The notes under the pieces: model-generated
What the model was told of the DNA's origin: nothing
Database searches by the model: none
The model's input: only the letters and a program-made list of their open reading frames with translations
Part shown: piece after piece, positions 1 to 13,809 of the stretch
Layout of the letters: each line of letters opens with the position of its first letter
Position numbering within the stretch: position 1 is the first letter of the stretch
Made by a program: the position numbers and the translations under genes
Assembly: GCF_009914755.1 (NCBI RefSeq)
Contig: NC_060931.1
DNA from: the human T2T-CHM13v2.0 reference genome, Homo sapiens
DNA: 64,000 nucleotides
Strand: one strand, 5' to 3'

Positions 1-242
1 AGCCCTTGAAACAGTGAATGAAACATAGTAGGTATAAATACACATTTAAAAAATCTTAAATTCTTTTTAATCAATGGTGTTTTAGGAGTCCAACTTAATT
101 GTCTCTTTCAAATGAACACCTGGTTATCCTAGCAGCATTTGTTATGTATTCCACTATTTCCCTACTGCGCTATAATGCTGCTTCTGTGATATATTACATC
201 CCCACCCGTGTGTGCCTCTGTTTTATGCTTCTCTACATGGTT

Positions 243-664
243 TGATATGGTTTGCATGTTTGTTTCCTCCAAATCTCATGTTGAAATGTGATTCCCAATT
301 TAGAATGTAGGGCCTGATGGGTGGTGACTGGATCACGGGGACAGGTCCCTCATGAATGGCTTAGCACCATCCCTTAATGATGAGAAGGTTCTTGCTCAGT
401 TAGTTCACATGAGATCTGGCTGTTGAAAAAGAGCCTGGCACCACCCCAACTCTCTTGTACCTATCTCACCAAGTTATATGCTGGCTCCCACTTTGCCTGC
501 CAACATAATTAGAAGCTCCCTATGGCCTCACCAGAATCCAAACAGATGCTGGCACCATGTTTACTATACAACCTGCAGGACCATGAGCCAATTAAACCTC
601 TTTTTATCATAAATAACCCAGCCTCAGGTATTTCTTTACAGTGATGCCAAAACAGACTAAGACA
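243..664 (+). mobile_element. MST-family (MSTB-like) MaLR solo LTR
   Basis: Starts TGATATGGTTTG, ends GACTAAGACA, contains CCAAATCTCATGTTGAAATG and ATTAAA. Perfect 5-bp TSD TGGTT at 238-242 and 665-669. Confidence 0.92.
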
Positions 665-897
665 TGGTTCCGTGTGTTTGTGTACTCCTGTATCAATATC
701 ATACTCTGAAATAAGATTTTATGGTAAATTCTGAGATACTGTAAGGCAAGATTCCAAGGTTTTTTTCTAAACACGGGCTATTTTATTACTTGTTCTTCCA
801 TATATATATAACTAGCTCCATATATTCCATGAGAACATCTTTTGATATTTATATTGTAATTACACTAAAGCATACGTTAATTTAAAGAAGAAAAAAA

Positions 898-1084
898 TGG
901 AAATTGGGATCTACTAGAGGGTAGAGAATGGGAGCAGGGAGAGGAGCAGAAAAAATAATTATTGCATATTAGGCTGAGCATCTGGGTGATGAAATAATGT
1001 GTACAACAAATTCACGTGACATGAGTTTACCTATATAACAAACCTGCACATATACCCCCAACCTAAAATAAAAGTTAAAAAAAT
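898..1084 (+). mobile_element. Older primate L1 3' end (L1PA13-16/L1PB-like)
   Basis: CTGGGTGATGAAATAATGTGTACAACAAA...AACAAACCTGCACATATACCCC...AAAATAAAAGTTAAAA matches an L1P 3' UTR terminus. Confidence 0.8.
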
Positions 1085-1697
1085 TATACGTATTTATACA
1101 AGTGTGATTGCTATTTGAATAAAATATTGCTACTACATTTTATATTGAATATTATCTGTTTGTTTTTGCATATCCATTCTATTTCTAATGACTTTGCTTA
1201 ATGTTAAATTATTTCTAATAGGCTTTCTTTAAATTCTATTGTAGTTCCTATATGTACAGTTTTATAATCTGACAATAAGGACCATTTGATACTTTCTTTT
1301 CAATAGTTCATAGATATGTACTTCCTTTTCTTGTCTTATTGCATTGGGTACGTTCCTCCCTGTGTTGGATAGATGTGGTGATAGTGGCCTCCTTTGTATT
1401 ATTTCTGATGTTAACAGAAATTCCTCAAAATTATCATACCTAATCTACCCAGTACCAATCTGTAGATCCTGCATCCGACAGACTCTCCATGGCAAAATTC
1501 CTATTAAGATTTTTGCTTTTCTGTGTTCTATCTCACCCCTGGCATTTATGTTCTAGTATTTGAACCTAGTTATATCATTTTAGTTATTTTTTTTAACTAT
1601 TTTATCTGCTAGGGAGTTTTGAAGCACAAACTTTTTGTGCTAATATTACTAGAAATTTTAACTAAAGTTTTAACCAATTAAAAACTTATTTTGGCAA

Positions 1698-1842
1698 TAT
1701 AAGTGTTCTCACCATAAATAAATGATTAGTATGTGAGGTGGTGTCTATGCTAATTATCTTACTTTAGTCATTTGACATGTATACACCATTCAAAACATTA
1801 ATATTTTACACTACACAATTTCTGTTCAGTGTCAAAAATTTA
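1698..1842 (+). mobile_element. L1MA-type 3' end fragment
   Basis: AAGTGTTCTCACCA...TATGTGAGGTG...CAAAACAT motif order. Similar to the copies at 23515 and 52507. Confidence 0.7.
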
Positions 1843-2457
1843 AACACATAAAAATATGACTATTGTAATATCAGCATTGTCTTTTAAAAATAAAACAAAC
1901 ACATATGGAGACACATTTATACATTTATACATGTGTGTTAAGTATACATGTACATACACATATGTATACACACACATACACACACAAAGATAGGCATTTT
2001 TAAAAATCTTATCTAGGCAATTTTCCTTCACCTATCAGAGTTGATATTCAGCCAGTATACCCATGTTGGACATTGAGACCTTGAAATACTTCCATGACAG
2101 TTGATAAAATAAAATTCCATATGTTCTGCCCCCTTCTCCCAACCAGTTATTAGACTACTTTCTGGTCATCTAACTCTCTCTTCTGACCTCCTGGAACTCC
2201 CAAGTAAACTATAGTTAAAAGGATTATGTCACATCCAGAAATGAACCTTAAAAAACATGGTCCATGCATTGGCAGCATCTGTTCTCATTGGTTAGTGTCC
2301 CTGGTGTGCCAGATGTCAAATATTTCAATCACTCTGAAAATCGATTTTCTGGGGATATTATCTGTCTGTATACTTTTTGTACTTATATTACATTTGTATA
2401 AATAAAATACATACTTTATGCATTTAAATTATTTTGTAAAATTTAAAATATTTAAAT

Positions 2458-3005
2458 AGTTGGACTCTTGAATAACATGTTAGGTCCATTTATACTCAGA
2501 TTTTTTTTCAATAAAATTCACACCGGTGTTCCTGCCTATCATGATTCCACTTCCATCTCCTCCACCTCTTTTGGTCTGCTCTCCCTAAGACAGCAAGACC
2601 AACAACCCCTTCTCTTCCTTCTCCTCAGCCTGCTCTATATGTGAGGATGATGAGGGTGAAGATGTTTATGATGATTCATTTCCAATTAAATATATAAATA
2701 TTTAATTGGAAATATAATTTAATTTAAATATAAATATATAAATATAAATTTATATATTTATAAACTATATATATAAAATCTTTATTGTTTTTCATAACAT
2801 TTTTCTCCACCTTACTTTATTCTAAGAATACACAATATATATAGCACACAAAACATAAAAAATACATGTTAATTGATTATGTCATTGGTAAAACTTAAGG
2901 TCAACGGTAGGCTATTAATAGTAATGTTTTTTGGGATTTAAAAGTTATACGAAGATATTCAACTGTGTGTGGGTCATCATAATCCTGACTTTCAAGGGTC
3001 CAATG
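2458..3005 (+). mobile_element. Tigger2a/MER28-like DNA transposon with AT-rich internal expansion
   Basis: Degenerate TIRs (AGTTGGACTCTTGAA ... TTCAAGGGTCCAATG then TA). Interior is the reverse complement of the copy at 8632-9060. Confidence 0.8.
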
Positions 3006-3771
3006 TATTATTAAGCCATCACATTTCTAATAGAGATGTATCCATTTAATGTATATAGATCTAAGTTGTTTAAGTTCTATATGGAATTTTATTACACTAG
3101 TATTCAATGGTTCAATTATCCATTCTTCTCCTAATAAAAATATATTTCTAATATTTCACTACTCTACTCATTAGAGTAAACATAGGTATTTATGCTTCCT
3201 CACTCATTTAGTATCTCTGTAGCATGTTCCCAGAAGTGAAAATGTTAATACATAGGAAAACAATAAACTGAATTTAATCAGAAATCCAAAGATTCTATCT
3301 TACTAATTGGCGGAGTCTAAAAGTCTAAATTGGCTAAAATTCATAATGGGATAATTTGAGGTTATTTAAATGACTACAGCAAGCCTGGTCAGCTGGATAG
3401 CAGAGAATTTTAAGGGATCAGCTGTTTAATTTCAGTACAACCCTTATGCAGTTCTGTTTTGCCCTCAGTAGTAGTAATTGTCTCTGTCTTAGATATTGAT
3501 GAGACAATTTTAAGTCCTTCTAGCACATTTACAATAGATTCAGTTAATCTCCTTGTTAGTTGATGCATTTTTTTTCCCTAACCAGTGAGACTGAACTGGG
3601 AGAATACTGAGACTTGAAGACACAAAGTCTGTTTCCAGGTTTCCCAAAGAAGAAATACTGCTTCCTTGCCCTCCCCTTTACTTTCCTAGTTCCATGTTTA
3701 ATGCCACCATTACCATCACCCTGAAGATAAGAATATAAGTCTGGATCAATTGGATTTTGGGGTTGTGCGAA

Positions 3772-4095
3772 TCATGTTTCCAGTTTCTGTAAGCTTGATA
3801 CTTTAACATCTGACCTGCATGCATATGCTGGACACACATTGTTCTGGACAACCTGATGATGTGCCTGAGTCACCTTGCCTTGATGCCCTGTCTCCCTCAT
3901 TATTCCTTTCCATTGTCATGGTGGAAGTTCCCCTTTCAGAAGTGTGCTTTTGAAAGACAAACCAGTAAACCCAGAGTCAACACCCCAAGCCCCTCCTCTA
4001 TGGGTCTGTCACACTCTGGGCAACTGTCTACCCGCCCTGATCACCCAGGGCCAGGTACTCAAAAATTAGGGACAGCCCCTATGCCCCAGAGTCCC
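3772..4095 (+). mobile_element. ERVL-type LTR fragment (MER54/MER74-like)
   Basis: CCCAGGGCCAGGTAC...TAGGGACAGCCCCTATGCCCCAGAG resembles the recalled MER54/MER74 consensus. Family assignment is from memory. Confidence 0.5.
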
Positions 4096-4104
4096 TTGTG
4101 TTTT

Positions 4105-4310
4105 GTTTTCATTCATTTTAAAGTATATTATCAGCTCCTTTAGGAGTTTTCTCCCTATTGGTTATAAGAGTATACTGTTTAATTTCCACATGTTTGGGAA
4201 TTTCCCAAATTTCTTTCTAGTGTTGATTTTTAAATTAATTGCTTTGTGGTTGGAGAATATACATTGTGTGCTTTCAATTTTATACAAATCTGTTGAGAAT
4301 TGTTTGGGCT
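4105..4310 (-). mobile_element. Old L1 ORF2 endonuclease-end fragment
   Basis: Minus ORF 4162..4401 reads FSNHKAINLKIN...NMWKLNSILL, homologous to [11 protein letters not shown]...TWKLNNLLL in the 953-aa ORF2 of this window. Confidence 0.8.
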
Positions 4311-7300
4311 GAATAACTGTTAAACCAAATCCTTCAAAAAAACAAACAAAAAAAAAACAAAGGAAACACATAAGGGAACAAAACCAAACACCCACAAACA
4401 CTATCTACAAAAAAAAAAAGAATATTACAATGTATCTCTATGAAGTCAAGTTATAAGCAAATTTAGACATGATACCAATAGCCACAAGATTCACATGACA
4501 TCAGACTGTTTGAGAGCAAATAGAGAGTCAAATGGACATATGACACTCCCAAAGACAAAGGAACTAAAAATCACCAACAGAGACTCCTGGAAAAGATCCA
4601 GGGGCCCTTCAGGCAACAGCATTTGAAACTTAGTAACTGAATTTCTGGGGACTTGAGGAATGTCTGATTGCTAGTGGAATATAGAGTATCTACATTATGT
4701 TGAATAAATATTTATATTCAAAATTATGCTTATATTTGCATAAATAGCTTTGGCTTTATTTTAGGATATGATTGTCTGTCTGCATTGAGTACCTTGACTA
4801 TCGAGCAAATCATTGTCTTGCTAGTCAGTAACAGATCATATAGTTAAACGTGAAGACAACAATCAAAACAGCACCAATTACATTATGCAGCTCTAAAAAG
4901 TATCCAATTTGGGGCAAATATTCTCCAAAAATTATCTGCAACACTCACTGTGTTATGGTTAATATTATTTCCTCAAATAATTATCTGGGCTCCATTTCTC
5001 GTTGCTCATAAAGCTCATATTTAACATGGTGTTGTCTAGGTATTGACCATTTTCACTTGAGTAGAAATAATTAATCTAATTGTTTTGTTGTTGTTGAGTG
5101 GCTTTGCTCCTTCCCAGGAAATAATTCACTTCTTGAATACACATCTTCCCAACTGCTTGAAAGATATGACAAATTGAAAACTCTCTGAGGTGTGGTAATA
5201 CATTTTACTGTCTGGTTATGTTACATTTTAATGTGGGGCCCTATAGAAGATTACTTAGATTTTGTTCTGGCTTTATAGAGGTGTAAGCCGCACTCAATAA
5301 CCCCTGTCAAATAAAGGTAAGAAGACTAATTAAGCAATAAATCCATACAAATTGTTATAGGAAAGTAATGATTTTCTTGCATTTTTTATAATAGCAATAC
5401 TGTATCTAAAAAACATTAGCTAGTGTGTCAAGCTAGAGTTGAGTGTGAAGAATAAAAAAGGGATCCTTTGCTCATTGGGATGTATATCATATCTGCTCAG
5501 TTTGGTTTAGAATAACTGAGCCCTAAGACTCATCTAAATAATTTCAGATGCATTAAGTTTTTTTATAATATAATTTAGAAATTAGGTTCTACATGTATTA
5601 TTACTAGGTATAGTTGTAATAAGAAGTAAATTTGTAATTGTAGAAAATAAATTTGAGTTAGCATAAAATGGTCTGAAACTAAGATGACTTCAGCACATAT
5701 TTATTAAACAGCAGCTATTGAAATGTTTTGTGTATATCAGAGGTTGTGGAATTAAGCAAACTGTAAGAAGGATGAGGCCAGGGTAATGCTCTCAACTAAG
5801 TTACGAGTTAGTAAATTTCCTAACTACCTTCCTGTTTAATGATTACAAGTTAATGCAATTAGATAACTAGGCTGTGTTTCTTAGTTCATCGCTTCAGAAC
5901 CCATGATAGAACTGCAGACTCTGCAGGCTTAAAGGTACCATGAACGACCTGTAAGTAAGAACAGGTGGAAGTGACTTTACGGTCATATAAATTAAAAGCA
6001 AATTAAGAAGGCCTTTAAAAATATATAAACACATAAGGAACAAATACCATAAAACTTATTGAAAGTCATAAATTTATCCTGAATAAACTTTGCTGATTAT
6101 AACCAAATAAATTTGGGCTCACAAACAGATTTTATTTTAACATGGAAAGGATATATCAAGGATCAAAAATGTCAGTGTTTAAAAAGTCACTATGGATGAG
6201 ATAATCTCATCACCCAATGTTTGAAATAACTCGACCCTCAAACATCTACAAAATAGTGCTTTGCATATACACTTTCTGTAGTTATTATTACAATAAATAT
6301 TATGGGTTTTGCATTAGTCGCAGGAAAGAACAAATGGTATAAAAAAAGATATTCAAATGTCCAAGAATATCTTGGACTCTAAATATATATTGAAAAGGCA
6401 TTTTTAAAAATGTATTGATTAGTTGATCATACTCATTTTCTTAAAAGCAGTCAGAGATAGCTAAATGAAAATTAAAATACAAAGAATATTTCAATAAGTG
6501 GGAATGAAAAAATGCATATATAAAACAGTGCAAAGAAAAACATCGTAATGAAGCACACTCTCCAATCAAAGAAAAATTTATAAAGCTTCCATTGTCTAAT
6601 TCAATACATTTGATTTTTTCAGAATAAAGTGATGATTCTTTGATTTTAAATTCTGAGAGCAATTTTTAGTAATATCATTTAGATGTATAGCTTTCTGTGT
6701 AAGAATAGAATATCTAACACTATGGGGAATAAAGCTTAAGAATCATGCCAGATAAATTATTAGAATATCTGACTTTTGACTCTATTCAAAAGTCAGTATT
6801 CTTAGCTTGAATTTTTACTGGTGTTTTACAGAAGAATAATCAAAATTGAAATAATTGATGGGTACCTGAACTTTGGGTTTCATTTTATAGTTTTAAAATT
6901 TTATATATATATATATATGTCCTTTTATATATATCAGTGTGTGTATATCTATCTATCAGTATATATACTGTAGATATTGGCAAATAAGGCATCTTTTCAA
7001 TAAAAGTCAAGTAGCCTGTTTCACTTGTTTTATTAATATCTACCAAAATGTGGAAAGCAAGCAGAGCAGACATCTGTCAAGATAAAAGGCTCAAAGGGAT
7101 AGTAAAAGAAAAACGAGAATACTAGGGATTAGAAGAGAAAAGTTATAGTGGATAAGAGAAATAAATTATATTTTTACGAAGAAGTATGGGAAGAGAAACA
7201 CATGATAAAATTACAGTCCTTTCAACAAATGAAAAGGTGGGAAGAGAGGTGAGAGTAACAAAAGGAAATGATAAAGTCAAGAGACAGCACCCTACTGGAC

Positions 7301-8631
7301 CTGTGGTCTGTCCTTCCTATCTGATGTTCTAGAGCTCAGCGCCACCAACTAAGTAATCAAAGATGCTGCCTTTTCACATCTAACAGTAAGTAATGCTAAA
7401 TCTCTATGCCTACTATAAAAATTCAACGTGATTTATCTGAAAAATTTAATTTAAGCAGGATTATATAACAGTTATTCAATAAGTAATCTTGCCACAAATC
7501 ACAAGCCCTTCAAGCAAAATTATTTCACTTCTTGAATATGATTTTTGACATTATCCATTTTGATAGTAAAAAGGAGACATTGAAAGTAAACACAAATTTT
7601 AGAAAAAAAAATACATATTTAGCCAGATAATCATCATCTACTCTTTGCTGTTTCCTAGGGTAACTTGTAGCCGACTTAGCAAAAATGTTCTCAGTGAATC
7701 ATTAGTTATCTGCTCTCCTTTTTAAACATGGGAGGATGTAACTTGGTGAATATCTAAATGACTGGATTGAGTTCCATTGTCTGTCATTTTTCACCATACA
7801 ATATGTTCTAATCTTCATCAAGACATACGTCAGAATGTCAGAGGAGTCCATGACCAGTTACCTGGATTCACAGCTGACAGGGCAAATTTCAGTCTGTTTA
7901 TGTGATCACTCAGAATATGACACCCAGATATAATTCTACTCATCTCATGTGGCTTCAAAAAGTAAAATTATTAGAATGATAAGTGTGCTTATGGTATAAA
8001 ATATTTGCCAAGTTAATCTCACCCTTGTTAGTCTCCTTATTTTTTCCTGTTTATTTTTGGATACATTGTGGAGGCACGTGATGACAGCCATGGGCAAGTC
8101 ATGCTGCTTGCCTGATCTGACATGTTCATTTCACAGACGCAAAATACAGATGGGCATGTCATAGGGAATGAGTACTCTGGCCTCTCTACTGGAAATGTGA
8201 ATAAATCTTCTAATGGGGTTTTCCATGGGCTGACCAGCAAACGTGTTACAATATTGTTTTAGAGGGGTATGGACTTTTTCCCTCTTTTTACATTAGTATA
8301 TTTCTCTCTAAATTTTCACACTATAAAGCCTCTCTTATCCTAACAATGATCTTCCTTATACTAGGTGAAATTTATTTTTTGTGTTATATATAATAAGTAC
8401 ATTTGCTAAGAGATGCACTGAAAATGTGCACTTTTAAAAAAGCTTCAAAATGAAGTAGTCCAGTGTTCTTTTCAAAGTATATAATGGCTTTATTAGGAGA
8501 TGTTTATATATATTATTAATTTTCATCATGCTAAGGAAATATATGGATTGAGGCCTTATTGAATCTGTAAGGAAATTGAGATCAGTATGATCTAGCTATC
8601 GCTCATGTATTTCTTAGATATCCTACAAGTA

Positions 8632-9060
8632 CAGTTGACCCTTGAACGACAAAGGGGGTTAGGAGTGCCAACCTCTGTGCAGTCAAAAGTCTGCAAAAAA
8701 TTTTGACTCCCCCAAAACTTAACTTATAATAGCCCACTGTTGACTGGAAGACCTACTAATTAAGTTTATCAACAAAGAGTTTGTTTATTTTATGTATTCT
8801 ATATTATATTCTTACAAAAAGAAAGTTAGAGAAAAAAATGTTATTAAGATAAGCATAAGCAAAAAATATACTTATTATTCATTTAGTGGAAGTAGATCAT
8901 CATACATGTCATCATCCTTATCATCTTCACATTGAGTAGGCTGAGGAGAAAGAAGAAGAAGAAAGGTTTGTCTTGCTGTCTCAGATTTGCAGAGGCAGAA
9001 GAAAATTCTTGTATAAGTGGTCCCATCCAGTTCAAACCCAGGTTGTCCAAGGGCTAACTG
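8632..9060 (-). mobile_element. Tigger2a/MER28-like non-autonomous DNA transposon, complete
   Basis: TIRs CAGTTGACCCTTGAAC ... GTCCAAGGGCTAACTG flanked by TA on both sides (8630-8631, 9061-9062). Length 429 bp. Confidence 0.9.
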
Positions 9061-11060
9061 TAGTTATTTTTAGAAAAAAAAAAAGTGCTATTTGTTTTAA
9101 GTACACAACTAATCTTGAGAAAAAAGTAAAGACACAGATATTCATAGATGATTATCAAGCATTTTCATTTTGTTTCCAATTCAAACGGAAGTACCAGTCT
9201 CTTTCATTCTTTTATGTTCCTGATAGAAGGAGGTGGATTTTGGGCCTTGGTTGTAAGGCCATGGAGGCACCTTTACACATTTTTTCTACACTGTTGTTTT
9301 TTTCTTTGCAGAATTGAACCCATCTTTGGTGGCTTGACAGGGACTTTGGCTAATGTCAGCACTCTTGGTAAGAAGATAACCTGGGACATTCTAAGGGGTT
9401 GTAGGATTATTCTCAGGGACATCTGTATGTGGCCTCCATAGCTGTGTTTTCTGTCCCTGGAGATACTTTTGATACATATGGGGCATTTCAACCTTCTTGA
9501 GTTATGCTACCAATATACAACATCATTGGGTTGGCATTCTCTCTCGTATGTCCATCTTTTAGTCAATGAATGACCCTTGGTAGACTAGAAGTTGAGAGAT
9601 CTGGTTGTTTTACTCTTTCTCAACTTATAGGTTTGCATCAATAAATCATATTATAAATAGCACCATGTGCTCTTATGCTGTCGGTTATCTTTTACCGCAT
9701 GCATCTGGGTTATGTACTTATTCAGGACCTAATTAAATCATGCAGTCTATAAAATATTTGGTAGTATATATTTATAGAACCTAGTAACTGCATTATTTTG
9801 CTTCACAGAATTTGTTGTTTAAATGTGTTAAGTGAAAAATACATTCTCACTTAAGTAGATGGGATTTGCTTTCAGCATAAATTCCAAACAAAAAAGAAGA
9901 TCTTTCAACTAACAGTAGTAACTGGGTATTCTCAGTTAACTTATCAAGTCAGAAAGCATGCATGATTCCACACAATAGAGCTCTGTCCCTGTGCAAATGG
10001 AATAAAAAATTCATCACTGGGTTGCTAACTTGCATTAGTAAAATTATAATTTGTTGGAGGAAATAATCCTTAGTATTATTACTGACAAAGGCTATGTTTC
10101 AGATCAGAACTTTTATCAAAATAGTAAAATTAAAAATCTTGGAGGATAGAGTAAAGAATACATCCAAACTTCTTGATTTCATGTGTAAAATATTTAACAG
10201 CTACTTGAGCTGTTTCTTTCTTTTCCACATTTTAAATAAAAGATTATAAAGAATATAAAAATATACTTGAGTTTTTAATAAAAAGGAGAAATTTCAGAAA
10301 AACATTCAAGTACATATAAATAAAATACAACTGCATCAAACCAAAAATGAAGTTTTAAAGCAGTCAGCCTTGAAATAATGAGTAAAGATGTCACAGCACA
10401 TGGATTTTCTTCAGAGAGAGGCAGCTGAAGGCCCCAAGTGGACTTCGAACTCCTGCAGGGAGCATGTGGCTGCTATGTTACACTAAACATTTGGAAGCTG
10501 CTGCCCTTTGGGCAAAGTATGCACACACTTCATTCCCTGCAAAACTGGGCCACACTTCAATATCCACTGGCAGAGCATTTCAGTTTTCTAGGTTCACCTG
10601 CCTCCAAACATTTTGCAAATGTGAAGATCAGAGTTAATGCAAAGTCTCCTTGAAAGCCAATGGGGAGAGAATTGAGGAGATGAGGCTGACCCAAATCAAT
10701 AAGGTTGAACTTAGAAGTCTGGCAGAAGATTCCAGCAAAACAGCCAGCTAGTGTTTTAAATTTTCCCATAAACAATATCAGTATTAAAGTGTGATATCAA
10801 AGGAAAGTGTCTGCCAGCTGTACTAGGAGGTAAAATCTTAACAGTATGCATACAAAATTAGTTGTAAGCTGGCTTTAATTTTTCAAGCCCAGAATATAAA
10901 TTTTCTCACATCCTCCAAAAGTACACAAATATAGAAATATACTTTCTTTTGTTTCCATTTGTTTTTTGGTTTTTATATGGCAAAAAGTTAAAATAGTCTA
11001 TTCTAAAAATGTTAAACATTTAAGAAATATATGGATTTCAAAGTGAAAATTATCCACAAT

Positions 11061-13369
11061 TATATTAGTTCATTCTCACACTGCTAATAAAGACATACTC
11101 AAGACTGAGTAATTTATAAAGAAAAGAGGTTTAATTGACTTAGAGTTAAGCATGGCTGGGCAGCTTCACAATAATGGTGGAAGGTGAAGGAAGAGCAAGG
11201 CACATCTTACATGGTGGCAGGCAAGAGAGCATGTGCAGGGGAACTGCCCTTTATAAACCATCAGGTCTCGTGAGATTTATTCACTGTCAAGAGAACAACA
11301 CAGGAAAACCATCCCCCATGATTCAATTACCTTCCACCGGCTGTCTCCCATGACACATGGGGATTATGGGAGCTACAATTAAAGATGAGATTTGGGTGGG
11401 GACACAGCCAAACCATATAATTCTGCCCCTGGCCTCTCCTAAATCTCATGTCCTGACATTTCAAAACCAATCGTGCCTTCCCAACTGTCCCCCATAGTCT
11501 TAGCTCATTTCAGCATTAACTCAAAAGTCCATAGTCCAAAGCCTCATCTGACTGAGACAAGGCAAGTACTTTCCATCTATGAGACTGTAAATCAAAAGCA
11601 AGTTAACTACTTTCTAGATACAATGGGAATATAGGCATTGGGTAAATACACCCACTGCAAATGGGAGAAATTAGCCAAAACGAAGGTGCTACAGGCCCCA
11701 TGCAAGTCCAAAACCCAGCAGGGCAACCAAATCTTAAAGCTCCGAAATGATCTCCTTTGACTCCATGTCTCATATCCAGGTCACGCTGATTCAAAGGATG
11801 GGTTCCTATGGTCTTGGACAGTTTGCGCCTGTGGCTTTACAGTCCCTCTCTTGGCTGCTATCACAGGCTGGCATTGAATGTCTGTGGCTTTTCTAGGCTC
11901 ACAGTACAAGCTGTTGGTGGATCTACCATTCTGGCATCTGGAGGATGGTGGTCCTCTTCTCACAGCTCCACTAGGCAGTGCCCCAGTGGGGATTCTGTGT
12001 AGGGACTTGCACCCCATATTTCCCTTCTGCACTGACCTAGCAGTGGTTCTTCATGAGTTCTCCATCCCAGCAGCACACCTCTGCCTGGACATCCAGGCGT
12101 TTCCATACATCCTCTGAAATCTAGGCCAAGGGTCCCAAACCTCAATTCTTGACTTCTGTACACCTGCAGGCCCAATACCAGAAGGAAGCCAAAAAGGCTT
12201 GTGGCTTGCACCGTCTGAAGCAACAGCCTGAGCTGTATGTTGGCCTCTTTTAGCCACAGCTAGAGTGACTGGGATGAAAGGCATCAAGTGCCTAGGCTAC
12301 ACACAGCAAAGGGGCCCTGGACCTAGCCCAGGAAACAATTTTTCCCTCCTAGGCATCCAATCCTGTGATGGGAGGGGCTATCATGAAGGTCTATGACATG
12401 CCCTAGAGACATATTCCCCATTGCCTTGGTGATTAACATTTGGGTCCTTGTAACTTATGCAAATTTCTTCAGCAAGCTTGAATTTTTCCCCAGAAAATGT
12501 GGTTTTCTTTTCTATCATATATCAGGCTGCAAAATTTCCAAACTTTTATGCTCTTCTTCCTCTTGAATATTTGGCCACTTAGAAATTTCTTCCACTAGAC
12601 ATCTTAAATCATTTCTTTCAAGTTCAAAGTTCTACAGATCTTTAGGGCAGAGGCAAAATGCCACCAGAATCTTTGCTAAAACATAACAAGAGTCACCTTT
12701 GCTCCAGTTCCCAACAAGTTCCTCATCTCCATCTGAGACCACCTCAGCCTGGACTTTATTTTCCATGTGACTATCAGCATTTTGGTCAAAGCCATTCAAC
12801 AAGTCTCTACAAAGTTCCAAACTTCCCCACATCTTCCTGTCTTCTGAGCCCTCCAAGTCTCTAGGAAGTTTCAAGCTTTCCTACATATTTCTGTCTTCTT
12901 ATGAGCCCTCCAAACTGTTCCAACCTCTGCCTGTTGCCTAGTTCCAAAGTCGCTTCCATATTTTTGGGTATCTTTACAGCAGTGCCCCACTACCCAGTAC
13001 CAATTTACCATATTAGTACATTGTCATGCTGCTAATAAAGACTTCCCCGAGACTGGTTAATTTATAAAGGAAAGAGGTTTAATTCACTCACAGTTGAGCA
13101 TGGCTTGGGAGACCTCACAATCATGGCAGAAGGTAAAGGAAGAGCAAAGGTACATCTTACATGGTGGCAGGCAAGAGAGCATGTGCAGGGAAATGCCTTT
13201 ATAAAACCATCAGATCTCATGAAACTTATTCACTATCACAAGAACAACTTGGGAAAACCCACCATCATGATTCAGTTACCTCTCACTCAGTCCCTCCCAT
13301 GACATGTGGGGAATATGGGAACTACAATTCAAGATGAGATATGGGTGGGGACAGAGCCAAACCATATCA
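11061..13369 (-). mobile_element. Full-length THE1 (THE1C-like) MaLR provirus: LTR 11061-11420, internal region, LTR ~13009-13369
   Basis: Two homologous ~360-bp LTRs ending CCAAACCATAT(A/C)A. The ~1.6-kb interior is the reverse complement of 40115-41691. TSD ACAAT/ACAAC (11056-11060, 13370-13374). Confidence 0.95.
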
Positions 13370-13809
13370 ACAACCATAACTATTTTTTAATTCCATCTCC
13401 AGAAATTTAAACAAATGTTAACTATTTAATGTGTACATTTCCACATGTGTGTATCTGTATACATGTGTATATATATATATATATACACATATATAAATTT
13501 CCAAGCATCTGTATGTTTAAATATTTACAATAACACTATAACAGCTCTGTATCAAAGTTATTAAAGTGTTATTATAATTTAACCTACCTAGTTTCCAAAG
13601 TTGAGGGTTTTTCTATGTTTCATAAACATCTAATAAATGTTTTTGTCTCTTGTGCATATGTAAATGTTTCTGGATAGATGATTAAAAACACAACTGTGGA
13701 GTATCGGAGAATAAGAACATGCCTATTACTAATTGTGGTTAATGCTGTGAAATTTCCCTCAAAACGTCAATGCCTTTGAGGTTTTTATTAAATCTAATAA
13801 AGAGAGTGA

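Larger units (their letters stand above)
75..1430 (-). mobile_element. Ancient L1M ORF2 fragments, interrupted by an MST LTR and an L1P 3' end
   Basis: Degenerate antisense L1 ORF2-like, T-rich sequence continues on both sides of the younger inserts. Boundaries approximate. Confidence 0.55.
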
